Shown: one piece after another, positions 12,656 to 25,685 of the stretch
How positions within the stretch are numbered: position 1 is the first letter of the stretch
Layout: the number at the start of each line of letters is the position of its first letter
Source of the DNA: Octopus sinensis
Lineage: Eukaryota
NCBI RefSeq assembly: GCF_006345805.1
Contig: NC_043001.1
Location: 121,024,001-121,088,000 of the forward strand
Length of the DNA: 64,000 nucleotides
Direction: 5' to 3'
Program-made: the position numbers and the translations under genes
Notes under the pieces: model-generated
The model's input: only the letters and a program-made list of their open reading frames with translations
Told to the model about the DNA's origin: nothing
Database searches by the model: none

Positions 12656-12920
12656 CTCCCCATATCTCCAAAGAAAAACTATATATATATATATATAATA
12701 CTTGCAGTGCAGACGTTAAACTTAGTCGCTCTTAACTTCAGAGAGATTCAGTTGTTACATAAGTATCGAAGCAACAGCCTTTCATCTCATTCTGTTACAC
12801 ATGAACACTCACACACAGACACACGCATGCATGCATGCATGCATACATACATACATACATACATACGTACGTACGTACGTACATACATACATACATACAT
12901 TACATACATACATACATACA
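12615..12920. repeat. (CT)n and (TACA)n microsatellites
   Basis: Direct reading of 12615-12653 and about 12835-12920. Confidence 0.95.
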
Positions 12921-12989
12921 ATGGCTAGATATGCAGCTATATGCATGAGAATACACACAACGCAAAATATACGTACAGACATACATACA

Positions 12990-13740
12990 TATCAAGTCCC
13001 TGATGCACAAAAGGGACAGAGATGCAGGAAAAGCAGTAAAATGTGATAACCTATGCAGACTGGAATAATAAAATAAAAAAAATAAAGAAATAACCTATGC
13101 AGACTGGAGTTTACACTGAAGATATCACCTACATCATAAGCAGTTACCCGAAAATGTCATCACAGCATGACATGAGACATGATGTCGTAGCTAGGACACT
13201 ATAATGAAATCCGTTGGAAGGATATTCCCGAGGACAAAGAAATAAGAACCCACAATATAGTAGAAGCCATAGCTATTCATAAAAAGGAATACTGGTGGAA
13301 TGCCCCAGTGAAGACCTCAATAATATGTAAGCACAACAGACCTTATATAATGGTTTGAGACAGAGAAAAAAACTGCACAGTTGCGGAAATTAGCTGCCCA
13401 GCAGATGTTAACGTAAAGCTGAAGATCAGTGAAAAAGAACACCTATGCTGAACTATTGAGAAATCTGCTGTTACTCTATCCAGATTACAAGTTCAGATTT
13501 ATACCTGTAATTATTGGGGTCCTGGGATAAGTAACAGACTGCCTAAATACCAATCTTGAGAAAATAGGCAAATACCAATCTTGAGAAAATAGACTTCTCA
13601 AAACCAGAAAGGAGAAAGCTAATTCGAAGACCACAGATCCAGTCCATCACTGGAGCTGTAAAATCTGTAAAACTTTCCAGAAGTTTATCATTTAAATAAT
13701 ATATATGAGCATGTCTAGATATGCAACTATATCTTCTAAT
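12990..13740 (+). mobile_element. R4/Dong-like non-LTR retrotransposon 3' end (CCHC plus restriction-like endonuclease)
   Basis: Frameshifted translation CRL..VYTEDITYIISSYPKMSSQHDMRHDVVARTL..KEYWWNAPVKTSIICKHNRPYIMV*DREKK..EISCPADVNVKLKISEKE..YAELLRNL..FIPVIIGVLG matches the REL motif order (CCHC, RHD, HNRPD, E..P, EK..Y). Confidence 0.8.
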
Positions 13741-13744
13741 CCAT

Positions 13745-14270
13745 GATTGTTATATTTTCTTGTGTCACTCCAATTTCCGTTTCTCTTTTAAATTCCCGAA
13801 ACCATAAAATATTATGTTGGACTTCTTTGCTTCAGATTTCTACCTAGAATTTCTTCGCTACTTCAGTATCTGGAATATAATTTTCTTGATGCTCCTCTTC
13901 ATAGTTCAATAGTTTATAGAATTCTCTTTCATTGTTCTTGAAGAGTCTATTCTGCTGGCACTGATCTTTCTCTGTTGGTATCTTTTTTTTCTTTTTTTTT
14001 TCACCCGACACTGCTTTCATCTTTGGTTTTAGTTCTTCTTTAACTACTTGCAGTGCTTCGTGTCTTGCGTTGTACCTCTTTGCAGTTCGTTTCTGTGTCT
14101 CACCCTCTTTTTTTTCTATGACTGCGTGTAACAGTCCAAAGTATTGCTATTAAGCACCAGAAGTTTCAAAGTGACTCAAGAGCAGAGAGTTTTGTGCATG
14201 GCACTTATCAAACACATACAGGGTCTAGTTGGTTTGCTGCCAGCATCAATTTCTGCTCGAATTGATTTGA
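13745..14270 (-). mobile_element. R4/Dong-like ORF fragment (region upstream of RT), opposite strand
   Basis: Minus strand QNRLFKNNEREFYKLLNYEE..IPDTEVAKKF*VEI*SKEVQHN resembles the pre-RT segment (QNRLF..N...FY..L..F.W..IWS) of R4-clade ORFs. Confidence 0.6.
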
Positions 14271-14299
14271 TATTACGTACACTTTTATAGGCTAATGAA

Positions 14300-15870
14300 T
14301 GACGTGAAAATCATTTTCGCTATAAATCAATAAAAAGTCATTAGCAATTAAAGTTTGTAAATTTGGGGTAATTTTAGCCAATTGTAAGCCACAGACACAT
14401 TCATGCCTGTTTCCATAGTAACAAGCCAAACATGAGAATTCTTTTATCAGCGAGAAAGCACGTGTGTTGACAAATATATTCTACGCGATGCCACGTGCGT
14501 TGACATTATGTTCTGTTGCTTGTACCTTGGTCGTGAGATGTACTAAAAATAACAGCTAAATAGGCCTTAAATCAGTCCCCTCCCCTTAAAAATTTGTGCA
14601 TAATCGTATGAATTCCCGTGTGTAGAGTACAAATTCGCAAACATTTTCTGAAAATTCCAAATTTTAAAAAAATTATGAGGGATTATATGTTGCACGTTAA
14701 GCAGAATTTGATTTGTTTACAGTTTCATATAAAAACACGTGCCATTCTGTCTTCAGAATAGCACGTGCTTTTATATGACAACACGTGCAGTCACGAACAA
14801 AATGAGAGCTTCCAAATCTTGTTTCCTGACTGGGTGAAAATGGTCAAACTTTAAACTTCTATAACGCTTTAATAACATTTTTTCTGGAAAAAGTGAAATA
14901 AACCCAGCAATTCGGATCTTTTCAATTCTGAAGCCAGTTTTTTCAAATTTTTCCTACTGAACCAAACAATTTGAAACTTCGTATACTGGTAGAATGTGTC
15001 AAAAGTAAACTTAATTGTAAACCAGAATGAAAACGGAATTGTAACTTCTAAGTTTAACGTTGTTTAATAATTAGAATTTTAACCAATGATATTCCGTCAT
15101 TCGGCTTTATTTTATTTACTCCGTCTCGACCACCAATTTGGTGACGTGTTAAACATCTTAAATGTAAACAAAGCGCATGTCTCCGTGAAATCTCCTTCTA
15201 ATTATTTAACGTACTCATGTTTCCAGGATCCTATAGTCAGCCACCTTCTAATAACAATATTTAAAACTAGTTAATAAGCCACATGTATTAAATTGAAAAT
15301 GTTTCCATTCTGTTAGTACTTGCTTTCGTTTGCTATTAAGAAGTGGCATCTCAGTGACGAGGCTTCTAACAAGATTTCGTTTCTAAGCTAATGCGTTTCA
15401 TTTCACTTATTGTATTTATTTGTGCAAAAGGCAAGAAAGTTAATATAAAAAAGCAAAGGGCTGGCAGAAACGTTAGCACGCCGGGCGAAATGCGTAGCCG
15501 TATTCGTCTGCCGTTACGTTCTGTGTTTGTTTACAGTTTTCAAACGAACGTTAGTACGTCACAAAAGCGCTTTCTACGTCACACTAATAGAATGCAGTCA
15601 AGTTTTACACATGAAAACAAACAATCTGATTGGTTAAAATTCGCAGTTTTAATCTACGATTAAAGTCATAAAATAGATTTTTCTCAAATAAACTAGTTCC
15701 AACCTGTGTCTTGTTTTGCTAGACTCTATCAGCATACGAAGTTTCAGATTATTTAGTTAAGTAGAAAGATCTGTGGTCCTGGCTTCAAAAATGAAAAGAT
15801 CCAGCAATTCAGCTTGGAAAAGTATATTAATGTGCCAAATTTTAAAATTTTCAACAAACTGTAATTTTTG
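14300..15870. mobile_element. Unclassified DNA-transposon-like region with diverged inverted repeats
   Basis: About 14910-15100 is inverted relative to about 15625-15810 (for example gaaacttcgtat / atacgaagtttc, and attggttaaaattc). There is a 52-bp hairpin at 14726-14777 and a SINE B head at 15455-15525. Confidence 0.5.
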
Positions 15871-16179
15871 AAATGCTGGCAGCCAAGCCAACTGCATCCC
15901 ACTCGCATACATACCCAGACGCACATATTTATAGACAAGCAGAGAGAGAGAGAGAGAGAGATTGAGGATGGATGCATGGATGGATGCATGGACGGACGGG
16001 CGGACGGATGGATGGGGGTGGGACAGGTAAGCAGGCCAAAGAGAATAGCAGACAACACATTTGCTTGAATTTGTAAACACTCTGTTAATTTATTCTATAA
16101 ACGCGCGCACATACACACGTTCCAATAAAGTGTTTCTGCGGTGGAGTTGTGTGCTATATATATGTATGCGTGTCTATAT

Positions 16180-16770
16180 ACTTTTACTCTTTTTAGTCAT
16201 TTGACTGCAGTCATGCAGGAGCACCGCCTTTAATCGAACAAATCGACACCAGGACTAATTCTTTGTAAGCCTAGTACTCATTCTATCGGTCTCTTTTGCC
16301 GAGCCGCTAATTTAGGGGGACGTCCACACACCAACATCGGTTGTCAAGCGATGGTGTGGAGACAAAAACAGACACACAAATACAGATTCAGGCAACGAAT
16401 AAACATTTCTTCCTTCTTGGTGTTAATTCTTCGATGTTTACTCCGATGTGAGAACCTTCAAGCGTTACATCTATACGCTACATTAGTAGTGGGGTACATC
16501 ATATCAAATTGATATGGCACAACACATCTAACCCGCTGCACACACACACACACACACACCACACACACACACTCATACACACATACACACACACATATAT
16601 ATTTATACGACGAGCTTCTTTCAGTTTCCGCCTACCAAATCCACTCACAATGCTTTGGTCGATCCTGAAGTTATAGTAGAAGACACTTGCCCAAGGTGCC
16701 ACGCTGTGGGACTGAACCCGGAACCATGTGGTTGGGAAGCAAGCTACTTACCACACACCCACTCCTGCGC
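16180..16770 (-). mobile_element. SINE family A with about 145 bp of extra sequence in the microsatellite linker (or two partial copies)
   Basis: 3' part 16180-16385, unique segment 16386-16530, (CA)n, then the head 16605-16770 ending cccactcctgcgc. Confidence 0.85.
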
Positions 16771-16870
16771 TTCATGAGTGGATTTAGTAGACGGAAACTG
16801 AAAGAAGGCCGTCGTATACATACATATATATATATATATATATACGTATGTGCGTGCGTGTATATGAGTG
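16771..16870 (+). mobile_element. SINE family A fragment abutting the previous copy in inverted orientation
   Basis: tgagtggatttagtagacggaaactgaaagaaggccgtcg followed by (TA/TG)n. Confidence 0.85.
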
Positions 16871-17389
16871 TGTGAGTGAATGTGCGTGTGCGCGCGCACG
16901 TCTATGAGCAAGAATACAACACCAAAATACAAAAACAGAAGATTTACATGCCATCCCATCCGGCCAAGATCACGTCACAATTGTTTTGCTAGGCAGTCTG
17001 GAGAGAATCTGGGAGGTCTTTAAAAAATAAATTTAAAACCTTTAAAGAATATTTATTATTTTATTAGCACCGAAAGGTCATTGCTATGTGGGACGTGACT
17101 TGATAAGGACAGATATAATCCAGCCAACAATAGATTCCAGGACACAGTCAGGTCTACTTGAAGTCTTTTGGCAGGTTTCAGCGAAGGTCGTCGGTCAGTT
17201 TTATGAAAATAGAGTTTCATAGTTTATCTTTCTCTTTTTGTTGTTGATGTTTCGTTATCCCAATAGTGTGTGTATCGCCTTTCCTCTAAATACTCCGCCC
17301 AAATTCTCTTCTCCTAAGCATCTCTAATTGCCGCCTATGTTTTTCTTTTCTTTCTTTTTTTCTTCTCTTTTGTTTTATCCCGACATCTG

Positions 17390-17755
17390 TCTGCAAGTAT
17401 GGTAAGAGGCTCGCTTCCCAACCATTTGGTTCTGGGTTCATCCCACTGCGTGGTACCTTTGGCAAGTGTCTTCTTCTATAGCCCCCAGTCCAACCAGAGC
17501 CTTGTGAGGGGATTTGGTGGGCGGAAACTGAAAGAAGGCCGGCGTATACATACATATATACATATGTGCTTGCGTTCGTGTGCGCGTGTGCTTGCGAGCG
17601 TGCGTGTGCTTGTGTGCGTGCGTGTGCTTGTGTGTGCGCGCGTGTGTGTGTATATCTTTGTTTTTGTTCCTCACCACCACTTGACAACCAGTGTTGGTGT
17701 GTTTACGTCTCCATAAACTAGTGGTTAGACAAGACATTGATAGAATAAATACCAT
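17390..17755 (+). mobile_element. SINE family A
   Basis: ggtaagaggctcgcttcccaacc...ggaaactgaaagaaggccggcg, (TG/CG)n linker, cacttgacaaccagtgttggtgtgtttacgtc...gatagaataa. Confidence 0.85.
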
Positions 17756-18129
17756 CGATGGAATAAAATATAATGAATATAGAAAAACCGATCGTATGAA
17801 AACTTCATTTTGAATTGGATTTTAATTTTAATTTTAACTTTCCTCCTCCTGCCTCACTCTCTTTCTGTTCTTTCTGTTAAAAGAAAGAGAAAAAGGAAAC
17901 GAAACACGAAAGAAAACTGATTGTATTTAATTCCTAAACATTTCAAGTTCTACAGGACCATCAATCATGTTAGTCTCACCATTCTCAGAGAGACTATGTA
18001 GAGCCCTTCCTCAAGACCATGGATTCTCAGACTTTGTTTCCTTTTTACGTACCCTTTCATGGCCCAGCTGTGTTGGCGTACCTCGTATAAAATAGTTGGA
18101 TACCAAAGACAATGTATTTATTTGTTTAT

Positions 18130-18305
18130 TAAGTAATTCAGGCTGAAGTGTTCAAATCCCACCATAGAGAACTTTGCCTTTCATCCTTGTGGTGTCGATA
18201 AATTAAGTACCAGTTACGCACTGGAGTCGATATCGACTTAATCCGTTTGTCTGTCCTTGTCTGTCCCCTCTGTGTTTGGCCCTTTGTGGGTAGTAAAGAA
18301 ATAAT
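18130..18305 (+). mobile_element. SINE family B (5'-truncated)
   Basis: ttcaaatccc..aactttgcctttcatcc..gtcgataaattaagtaccagttacgcactggagtcga...gggtagtaaagaaata. Confidence 0.9.
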
Positions 18306-20599
18306 AGATGTTTCCACACACGCACACGCGCGCACACCAAAGAAAAGAAAACAAAATTTTGGCATTGTACCTGAGTAGGAAATTCATTTTATTTAATTCC
18401 ATGTTACATTTTTAATTAGTTATAAGAACCGGGTCTTAATGACAAAAAACTCAAACCCGGGCACAGTTTCAGGGAGCAACACCCGCATTTCATTCTCAGC
18501 TGACAGACTTACACGGAATTCGATTTTGGTTATAATCATTGTTGAAAACTTTAGTTCCCAAACTTTAAGTTGGTGAGAACAGCAAAACCTTTTCTCGATT
18601 TTCTAGACACACGAATCGCATAAAGCTGGTTGTCATTTTTTCAAAATTCCGATGTTTTTACAAACTTCGCGTATCTCCGATTTTTTTTTTTTTTTCATGT
18701 ATGTATACACTCATATTTATTTTACGCACCTCGTAGCTTCTCGTGCGTACCCCTAACTGTTTCAGAACCCCTGCTCTAGACCAAACTATTTGAAGAAAAC
18801 TAAACTGTTTCCAGTGGTTTTTGAGTCCAACGAAGGATAAAGGCTTTCACTTGCGAAATTATGAAACTACGAATTCATCTGCGGAAAAATTCTTGGGGTT
18901 TGAGGAATTTGAAAACGTCTTGATTGATTATTGTTCAACACCCACAACCACATACTTGATTTTGCAGACTATAATCAAAGAGGTTCCATCTGCGACCGTC
19001 CTGTTTCTCCGGTTTTTCTTGGCGGCGGGGTGGAGATCAGATATACAGTGTCTATGACTACATTATCCAATGTGTTTATCCTTTTTTTTCTTCAATACTA
19101 CTCATTGCTTGGTTGTTGCTGAAGATTAACTCCAATTCATAACTGATTCAACAGTACTATGATCAATGACACTCAACCGTGACTATCCTGTACTACATTT
19201 CAACATAGCATGACGTGTCAGCGTTATTGAAAATGTTGATTCTATCTTAAGACGGTAGGTCGGGTTTCGCTCGAGTGAGATTCGGCTGCTGTTTCTAGCA
19301 AGTCGAGTGACTACGCAGAAGCACCCTATCACTCCTTAGCGCGCTGAATGTCAGATTTTGTTTCTAACATGAAAACTTTTTTTTTAATAAATAGATGTTT
19401 ATTTCTAGTCAATTAATTATACAACAGATTACATTTTAGATTATAACATTTAAATAGAAAGAAACAGAGAAAAAAGAAAGATAAAAACAAAGAAAAGAAA
19501 AAGAAGGGGAGTATAGCAGCAGAAGATAGAAGAGGAGGAGGAGGAGCCTCCTCCTTCCCCCGAACAAATGTTGTGCTCAGCCGCACCCTCTCGTAAGGAC
19601 CGCCATAGCGTTGTAGCAGTCACTCCACTTCGTAGGGTTCATTCCTCGGTCGGGCCGCCTGCCATTATCCCGATTTTGCGGGGGAAACCAGTCGTACGGA
19701 GTCCTAGAACACCTGGCGTCTCGCCGGCGTCCTGTACAAACTGATAACGGCCGGTCAGGACCGCGTAACGGGCGAAGACACCCGGGTTTGCAGCCGAATT
19801 CCAGAGGCTTGTAAAAATGACACTGTTGATGAGATTGAACGAGCAGCTTTTAAGGCACGCATTCAAACTTGTTGACAACAAAATCGAACAAGGAGAGTCA
19901 AGCTAATTGAGATATAGAGCTGAGGATTTGAGAAAATTCGGTATTTGCCCCTGCAGTATGTGATGTTGTAAAAGTAGTTATAACAGTACAATGGGATGAG
20001 TGAGAGAGACAAGAAGAGTTGTGAACGTTGAGGTCACTGAGGATGTAGATATCTTACTTCAGAGAACGATGAAGTAAGACAGATATCCTCAATGCTGGTA
20101 TGGATATATGGTTGAAGATGTTTGAAAAGCGGTGGAGGGAATTGACATAGAAGAAGACTAGGATTGTGCTTCTACACATACAGACATCCCACATCACACA
20201 AAGAAACACACGTTGAAGTTGCTCATTAACTTGATAACAGACATGATGTCCCATCCCTTGGGATTTATTTGTTTCTTTCTTTTTAATTTTATGATAATTT
20301 TCAGTCTGCTTGAAGATTTGCCAGAACTTGTTTGTTTAAAAAATTAGAATTGTAAGCATTCGGGCTGCATCCCCGACAGGTACCTATTGTTATCGCGTTC
20401 TCGCGGCGCGATAATATCCTCTACATTTTTATAAATAACAAATAAAAATTATACTGGATTCTTCTCCTTTTTAAATAACCTTGGATTCTGATCCAACCTG
20501 AACCCGATACGTCCTATTCCTCTCCAGGACACAAATCCTTATCCATCTCTGTTGCTATTCTCTATACTCCAGTTCATTCTGAAATGTGGTGTCTGGTCA

Positions 20600-21450
20600 T
20601 GCGTAGTTTCCAGTTATAACCCTTTCGTACCTGGATATCAGCATCAAGGACTTTTAGCTACTTGGGTTCAAATGTCCCTCCTCCCACTCCTCAAAATACA
20701 TATGCTTCCTACACCGCTTTTTTGATTCCTCGTACAACCAACAACCCCTCAACTATTTCTCTTCCTGAATCAAGGACTTGTGTCACACCTCACTTCTCTA
20801 AAGTCGTCGTCTTCACTGACTTCAATATTCACATCTCTTCTTTCAGCCCAAAGAAATAATGCCGGGACAAAAACAGAATCGTTTGAAACTCTAAACTCTT
20901 TGTATCAATAAGTGCCACCTTTTCACACAGCCTTGATCGACACACAGTACTGCAGACATTTCCGATCGCTTTCTCACCTTCAAATTCAGCCTCTATCACT
21001 GATGCCCATATCGGGTAGTCCGACATTGCTTTATCTCGACTTTCCACCTCACTTGTACATAACACACCCATCTTCCATATCTTATGGCACCTTACGTCAG
21101 CTGCCTGGTCGAAGATGAGCTAGCTGTATATTCACAAAGCCTGGTGCACTTGTCCTTCATCCCTGGGTCGTCAGAAACAGCTAGGTGAATGACTGAAACC
21201 ATCTTCTTACATACACACAACCAAAACTCATAACCCCAAAGTCTTTCAAGTGGTTCACCCATGGCTGCACTGCAGTAGTTCATGAAACGAACATGGCCTT
21301 CTACGCATGGAGAAAATCACCTACTCCTACAAAATGGACAACTTTTGCCCAGTACCGCAACTCTTGCAAGGCCATCATCTGAAGCGCGAAGGATTGCTTC
21401 GTGCATGTATGCCGTAGCTCACAAGCTTTCCCACTTCCCCAAATTAACTT
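20600..21450 (+). mobile_element. CR1/Jockey-group LINE relic (APE endonuclease and linker)
   Basis: Fragments KVVVFTDFNIH, P.F.H.LD, and KWFTHGCTAVVHETNMAFYAWRKSPTPTKWTTFAQYRNSCKAII fit the APE C-terminus and the PWF linker of these LINEs. Many stops. Confidence 0.55.
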
Positions 21451-21774
21451 ATCCTTTAAGTGCCTTACCTAAAGGATCTCTATCACCTTTAAAACTTCTC
21501 CATTTCACTCCTGGATATGACGGATAACGCCTCCATGTTTACAAGGGTCACCCAAAAGTCACACACTTTTAAATAGTTGTGTGATATGCATGTATGTATG
21601 CGTTTATAACAGCTAATTTATTTATGTATAAAGTCGATGTTTCACTCCATAGCTATTCGGGATTTCAGGCAAAGCTATCAGACTGCAGAATGAATGAATC
21701 ATCAACTTTTCACAACACCCCAATACGCACATCTCTCTCTCTCTCTTTCTTTCTCTCTCTCTCTCCCTCCCTCC

Positions 21775-21814
21775 CTATCATCTATCTATCTATCTATCTA
21801 CTTATCTATCTATC

Positions 21815-21845
<31 letters not shown>

Positions 21846-21867
21846 CATCTATCTATCTATCTATCTA
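21775..21867 (+). repeat. (TCTA)n array, 5' flank of Tx1 copy 1
   Basis: Direct reading; preceded by (CT)n at 21731-21774. Confidence 0.95.
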
Positions 21868-23704
21868 GCCAAGAGGTTGGCGCTTGTCATCGAGAAACTG
21901 GTCGACAGGGCGCAAACATGCGCCGTGCCAGGCCGGACCATCCATGACAACCTCCATCTGATGCGCTACATCATAGACAGGGTAGTTAACGAACCTGGCA
22001 TGGGTGGGGCCCTGATCAACTTGGATCAATCGAAAGCCTTTGATAGGGTAGACCATCGATACTTGGAGGCAGTCCTGAGAGCGGCTGGTTTCGGTCCCAT
22101 CTTCCGCGGCTGGATAGCTGCCTTGTACAGGGGCATCCGTTCGGTAATTCGCGTAAATGGACATCTATCGAGACCTTTCGACATTGCACGTTCGGTCCGT
22201 CAGGGATGCCCCCTCTCGGCGCTTCTATACGTATTGACTCTTGAGCCACTACTGCGGAAGCTGGCGACTCTAGGGGCATCCCGCGAGAATTGGGATGCGG
22301 GACGAGCGTGTCTGCATACTACGCGGACGACGTCACACCGTCATAGTGTCTAGCCACGAGCACATCGAGCGGTCGGCGAGACACTGAAAATCTACGAAGC
22401 GGTGACAGGAGCGAAAATCAACCGGGAAAAGTCAGTGTGCTTGCGACTAGGCACCTGGAGAAGCAACCCATGCCGTCCACCAGCGCCTCCGTCGTGGGGG
22501 ACGCTGGACCGACGGCCCGGTTGAGTTGCTCGGGGTCTGGTTTGGTCCGGACCTCCAAGTGGAGAAGAACTGGAACGAGATAACGAGTAGGGTGGTCACT
22601 CTCGCCCGGCAATGGGCCGAGAGGAAACTGTCCCTAAAAGGTCGAGCGGAGGTGGCGAACACGTACATCGCGTCCGTCATCTACTACCGCCTGACCGTCG
22701 TACCTTGTCCCGACCCTACCATCACCAAACTACAACGCATCCTCTTTCGCTTCTTGTGGAAAGGATGCGTCCGATGGTCAGGCGATCCATTTGCTGTCAA
22801 CACCCGTTAAAAGGAGGGCTGGGCATGCCGTGGTTGATGATGCGCAGACACGCGCTGAGACTGCGACATCTCTGGCTCTATGTAGACGACGGTGAACAGG
22901 TGTGGTCGCCGTTTGTGAGGCACGCTTTCCCGCAGCTCGTCTCCATGACCGAACTGCAGTCGTGGATCAAAAAGAGGCCGAGGAAGGGCGAATGGCACCG
23001 CGAGTGTCGCGTTGCTCTCAAGCAACTCTGCCGTCCTGGGTCGACCTTAAGTGACTTCAACACAACCAAAGCATTCTATAGGGGTTTAGTGGAGGGGAGT
23101 ACGACGACGAGCTCGGGCGAAACCTGGACGTCGACGAGGAGTACCTGACCCGCCTGTTCAGGACGACTTTCGGGCCAGGCCCATGGACAACTTCCAGAGA
23201 TCCCTGGCCTGGCAGTGCTACCGAGAAGCGCTACCCGTTCGGGATAAGCTCTACAGACACGGCTCGAGAAACACGGGGCCGATCTGCCCGAGATGCGGTC
23301 AGAGCGACGAAACCGTTCTGCACGCACTCGTTCAGTGTCCAACAATTTCCGACCTGTGGGCTTATGTCGAACAACTGCTGTCACGTGTGGGACGAGTCGG
23401 TTTATCAGCTGAGTCTATCGTCAATATTGTCACGCCTCCTTCCTTCAAACGGGAAGGAAGAGCTATTTTCATCATCCTTGTGGCTATGGCGAAAGAATGT
23501 ATCTGGTGGACGCGTCTGAAAGGATTGGAGACAAACACTTTCCTCTCTGGTCAATCTCTCATCAACTTCTTCAAGTACCACTTGAAAAGGAAAGTGAGAG
23601 TAGAGAGGCAAGTTTTGTCTAGCGAATGTTTTAAAAAAAGATGGGTGAATGTAGCAAGAATGGCACGTATGAATGACGAAGCCACCTTGAGCATAATCCT
23701 ATGA
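21868..23704 (+). pseudogene. Tx1 ORF2 (RT plus C-terminal domain), 5'-truncated with a few frameshifts
   Basis: ORF-track pieces 21694-22353, 22526-22810, 22612-23148 and 23183-23704 join into one RT-CTD reading. The frameshifts may be consensus errors. Confidence 0.85.
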
Positions 23705-24079
23705 ACCCAGAAATTGAAAACAGAGAGTTGCTTATTTGCAAAAAAAAAAAAAAAAAAAAAGAAATATAAAATGTGACTTCATTGACCGAGGTTACCGTGG
23801 TCTTTTCCGTAGGCTTTTCTTTCCACGGGTAAACCTCACCTGTCTCCCCTTTACACTTCATATTGACATTCCTGTGATAACGATCCCTATTGATCAATTT
23901 TTTTTCCTCTCCCCTTGTTTTTTTAACCCCCCTTTTTTGTCCTCTTTCTCTCCTTTTACGATCCCTTTTGATCGAAACTCCCCCTTCCTTTTTTTTTTTT
24001 TTTTTAAACCTTCAAAAGAAAAGCTCTACCTTGTAATTTGTTCTATCTGTGTGCAGCCCTGTGTGGCTAATAAAGAAAC
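21868..24079 (+). mobile_element. Tx1/L1-clade non-LTR retrotransposon, copy 1 (5'-truncated within RT)
   Basis: RT motifs QTCAVPGRTIHDNLHL, LDQSKAFDRVDH, VRQGCPLS, YADD (tacgcggacgac), then the C-terminal zinc-binding region CPRCGQSDETVLHALVQC, stop at 23704, and a 3' UTR ending AATAAAGAAAC. Confidence 0.95.
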
Positions 24080-24572
<493 letters not shown>

Positions 24573-24621
24573 CACACATGCATATATATATATATGTAAA
24601 TGTTTGTGTCCGTGTGCAGAT

Positions 24622-24860
24622 ATGTGCCGTGTGTTTAGGGAATTGCACTCGTGATTGTAAGATTGTGGTTTCCATTCCTGGACCGGCCGAGGCGTTATTA
24701 TGTTCCTGAGTAACACACTTCATTTCACTTTGCTCCGGTCCATTCCGCTGGCAAAATTGAATATCCTGCGACGGCCCAGCGTCCTGTCCAGGAATGGCGA
24801 CATTACACGCCACAGAATACGGGAAACAGGCCTTAGGGGCCTATGATTCGGAAAGGACCT
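24622..24860 (+). mobile_element. tRNA-derived SINE (diverged, third type)
   Basis: tRNA-like gcactcgtgattgtaagattgtggtttccattcctggaccgg (compare 59325-59370), then gttcctgagtaacacac..ttgctccggtcca..cctgcgacggcccagcgtcctgtccagg. Confidence 0.65.
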
Positions 24861-24874
24861 GTGTATAAATTTAT

Positions 24875-24914
<40 letters not shown>

Positions 24915-25259
24915 TGCTGTGGTTGTTGGAAAATATTTTTGCAATCGTTATTTTATTTCCATAGTCTCCTCGTCAGCGATGCATGAATATTTGATTGTTT
25001 TGGCTGGTTAATTTAAATCTTCCATATTCTTATTAACAATTGAACCCACCAAACTCCTTTTAATTTTGCTTTATGGCTAATAAGTGAAAAGCAGAGAGAC
25101 CCCCTCCCCTTGCTACATGTTAAGGAACACTTGGAGTGTGAAAAGGACCAGCATTCAATCAGTCTTCAGTGTGAGTAAAGATATATTTTTTACATTGAGG
25201 CTGTTTAATGCAGATAATTTCGCGACATTAGTCACATGATGTAATACAGCGGAAAAGCA

Positions 25260-25542
25260 AGCAGCGGGAAATAGAGGGGGGAGGAGGATGAGAGGAAAGG
25301 AAGAAGAAAAAAAGAGAGAAAATAAATGAATGAAAAGAGATGTATTAAGACGAAATGGCTTGAAAATGAGGAAGAGGAGGTAAAACGAGGTGGAGAGAGA
25401 GGTTATCTGTGAGAGGCAAGAGAGAAAGAAGGAACGATAAAGGAAAGAAAGGCAGAGAAAGAAAAAAGCCGAAAGTGAGAAGAGGGCGAGCGATAAAAGA
25501 AAACGGAAAGAGAGGATATCTGTATAAGATGTGTGTGTGTAA

Positions 25543-25582
<40 letters not shown>

Positions 25583-25680
25583 CTGAAACGGGAAGGCAAA
25601 GCAGATGTTTGAAGGAAGAGATGGATAAAAGAAAGCAAGGATGAAAAGCGGAATGGCTATAAATGAAGAAATAAATATTC
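25260..25680 (+). repeat. Purine-rich low-complexity tract with (GA)n
   Basis: Strongly A/G-biased plus strand; a similar tract lies at 26430-26760. Confidence 0.85.
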
Positions 25681-25685
25681 TAAGG

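Noticed and set aside
19560-20260. CpG-rich segment with 66-80 aa ORFs as a host exon
   Set aside because: No recognisable protein motif or clear splice pair; probably an unclassified TE fragment.
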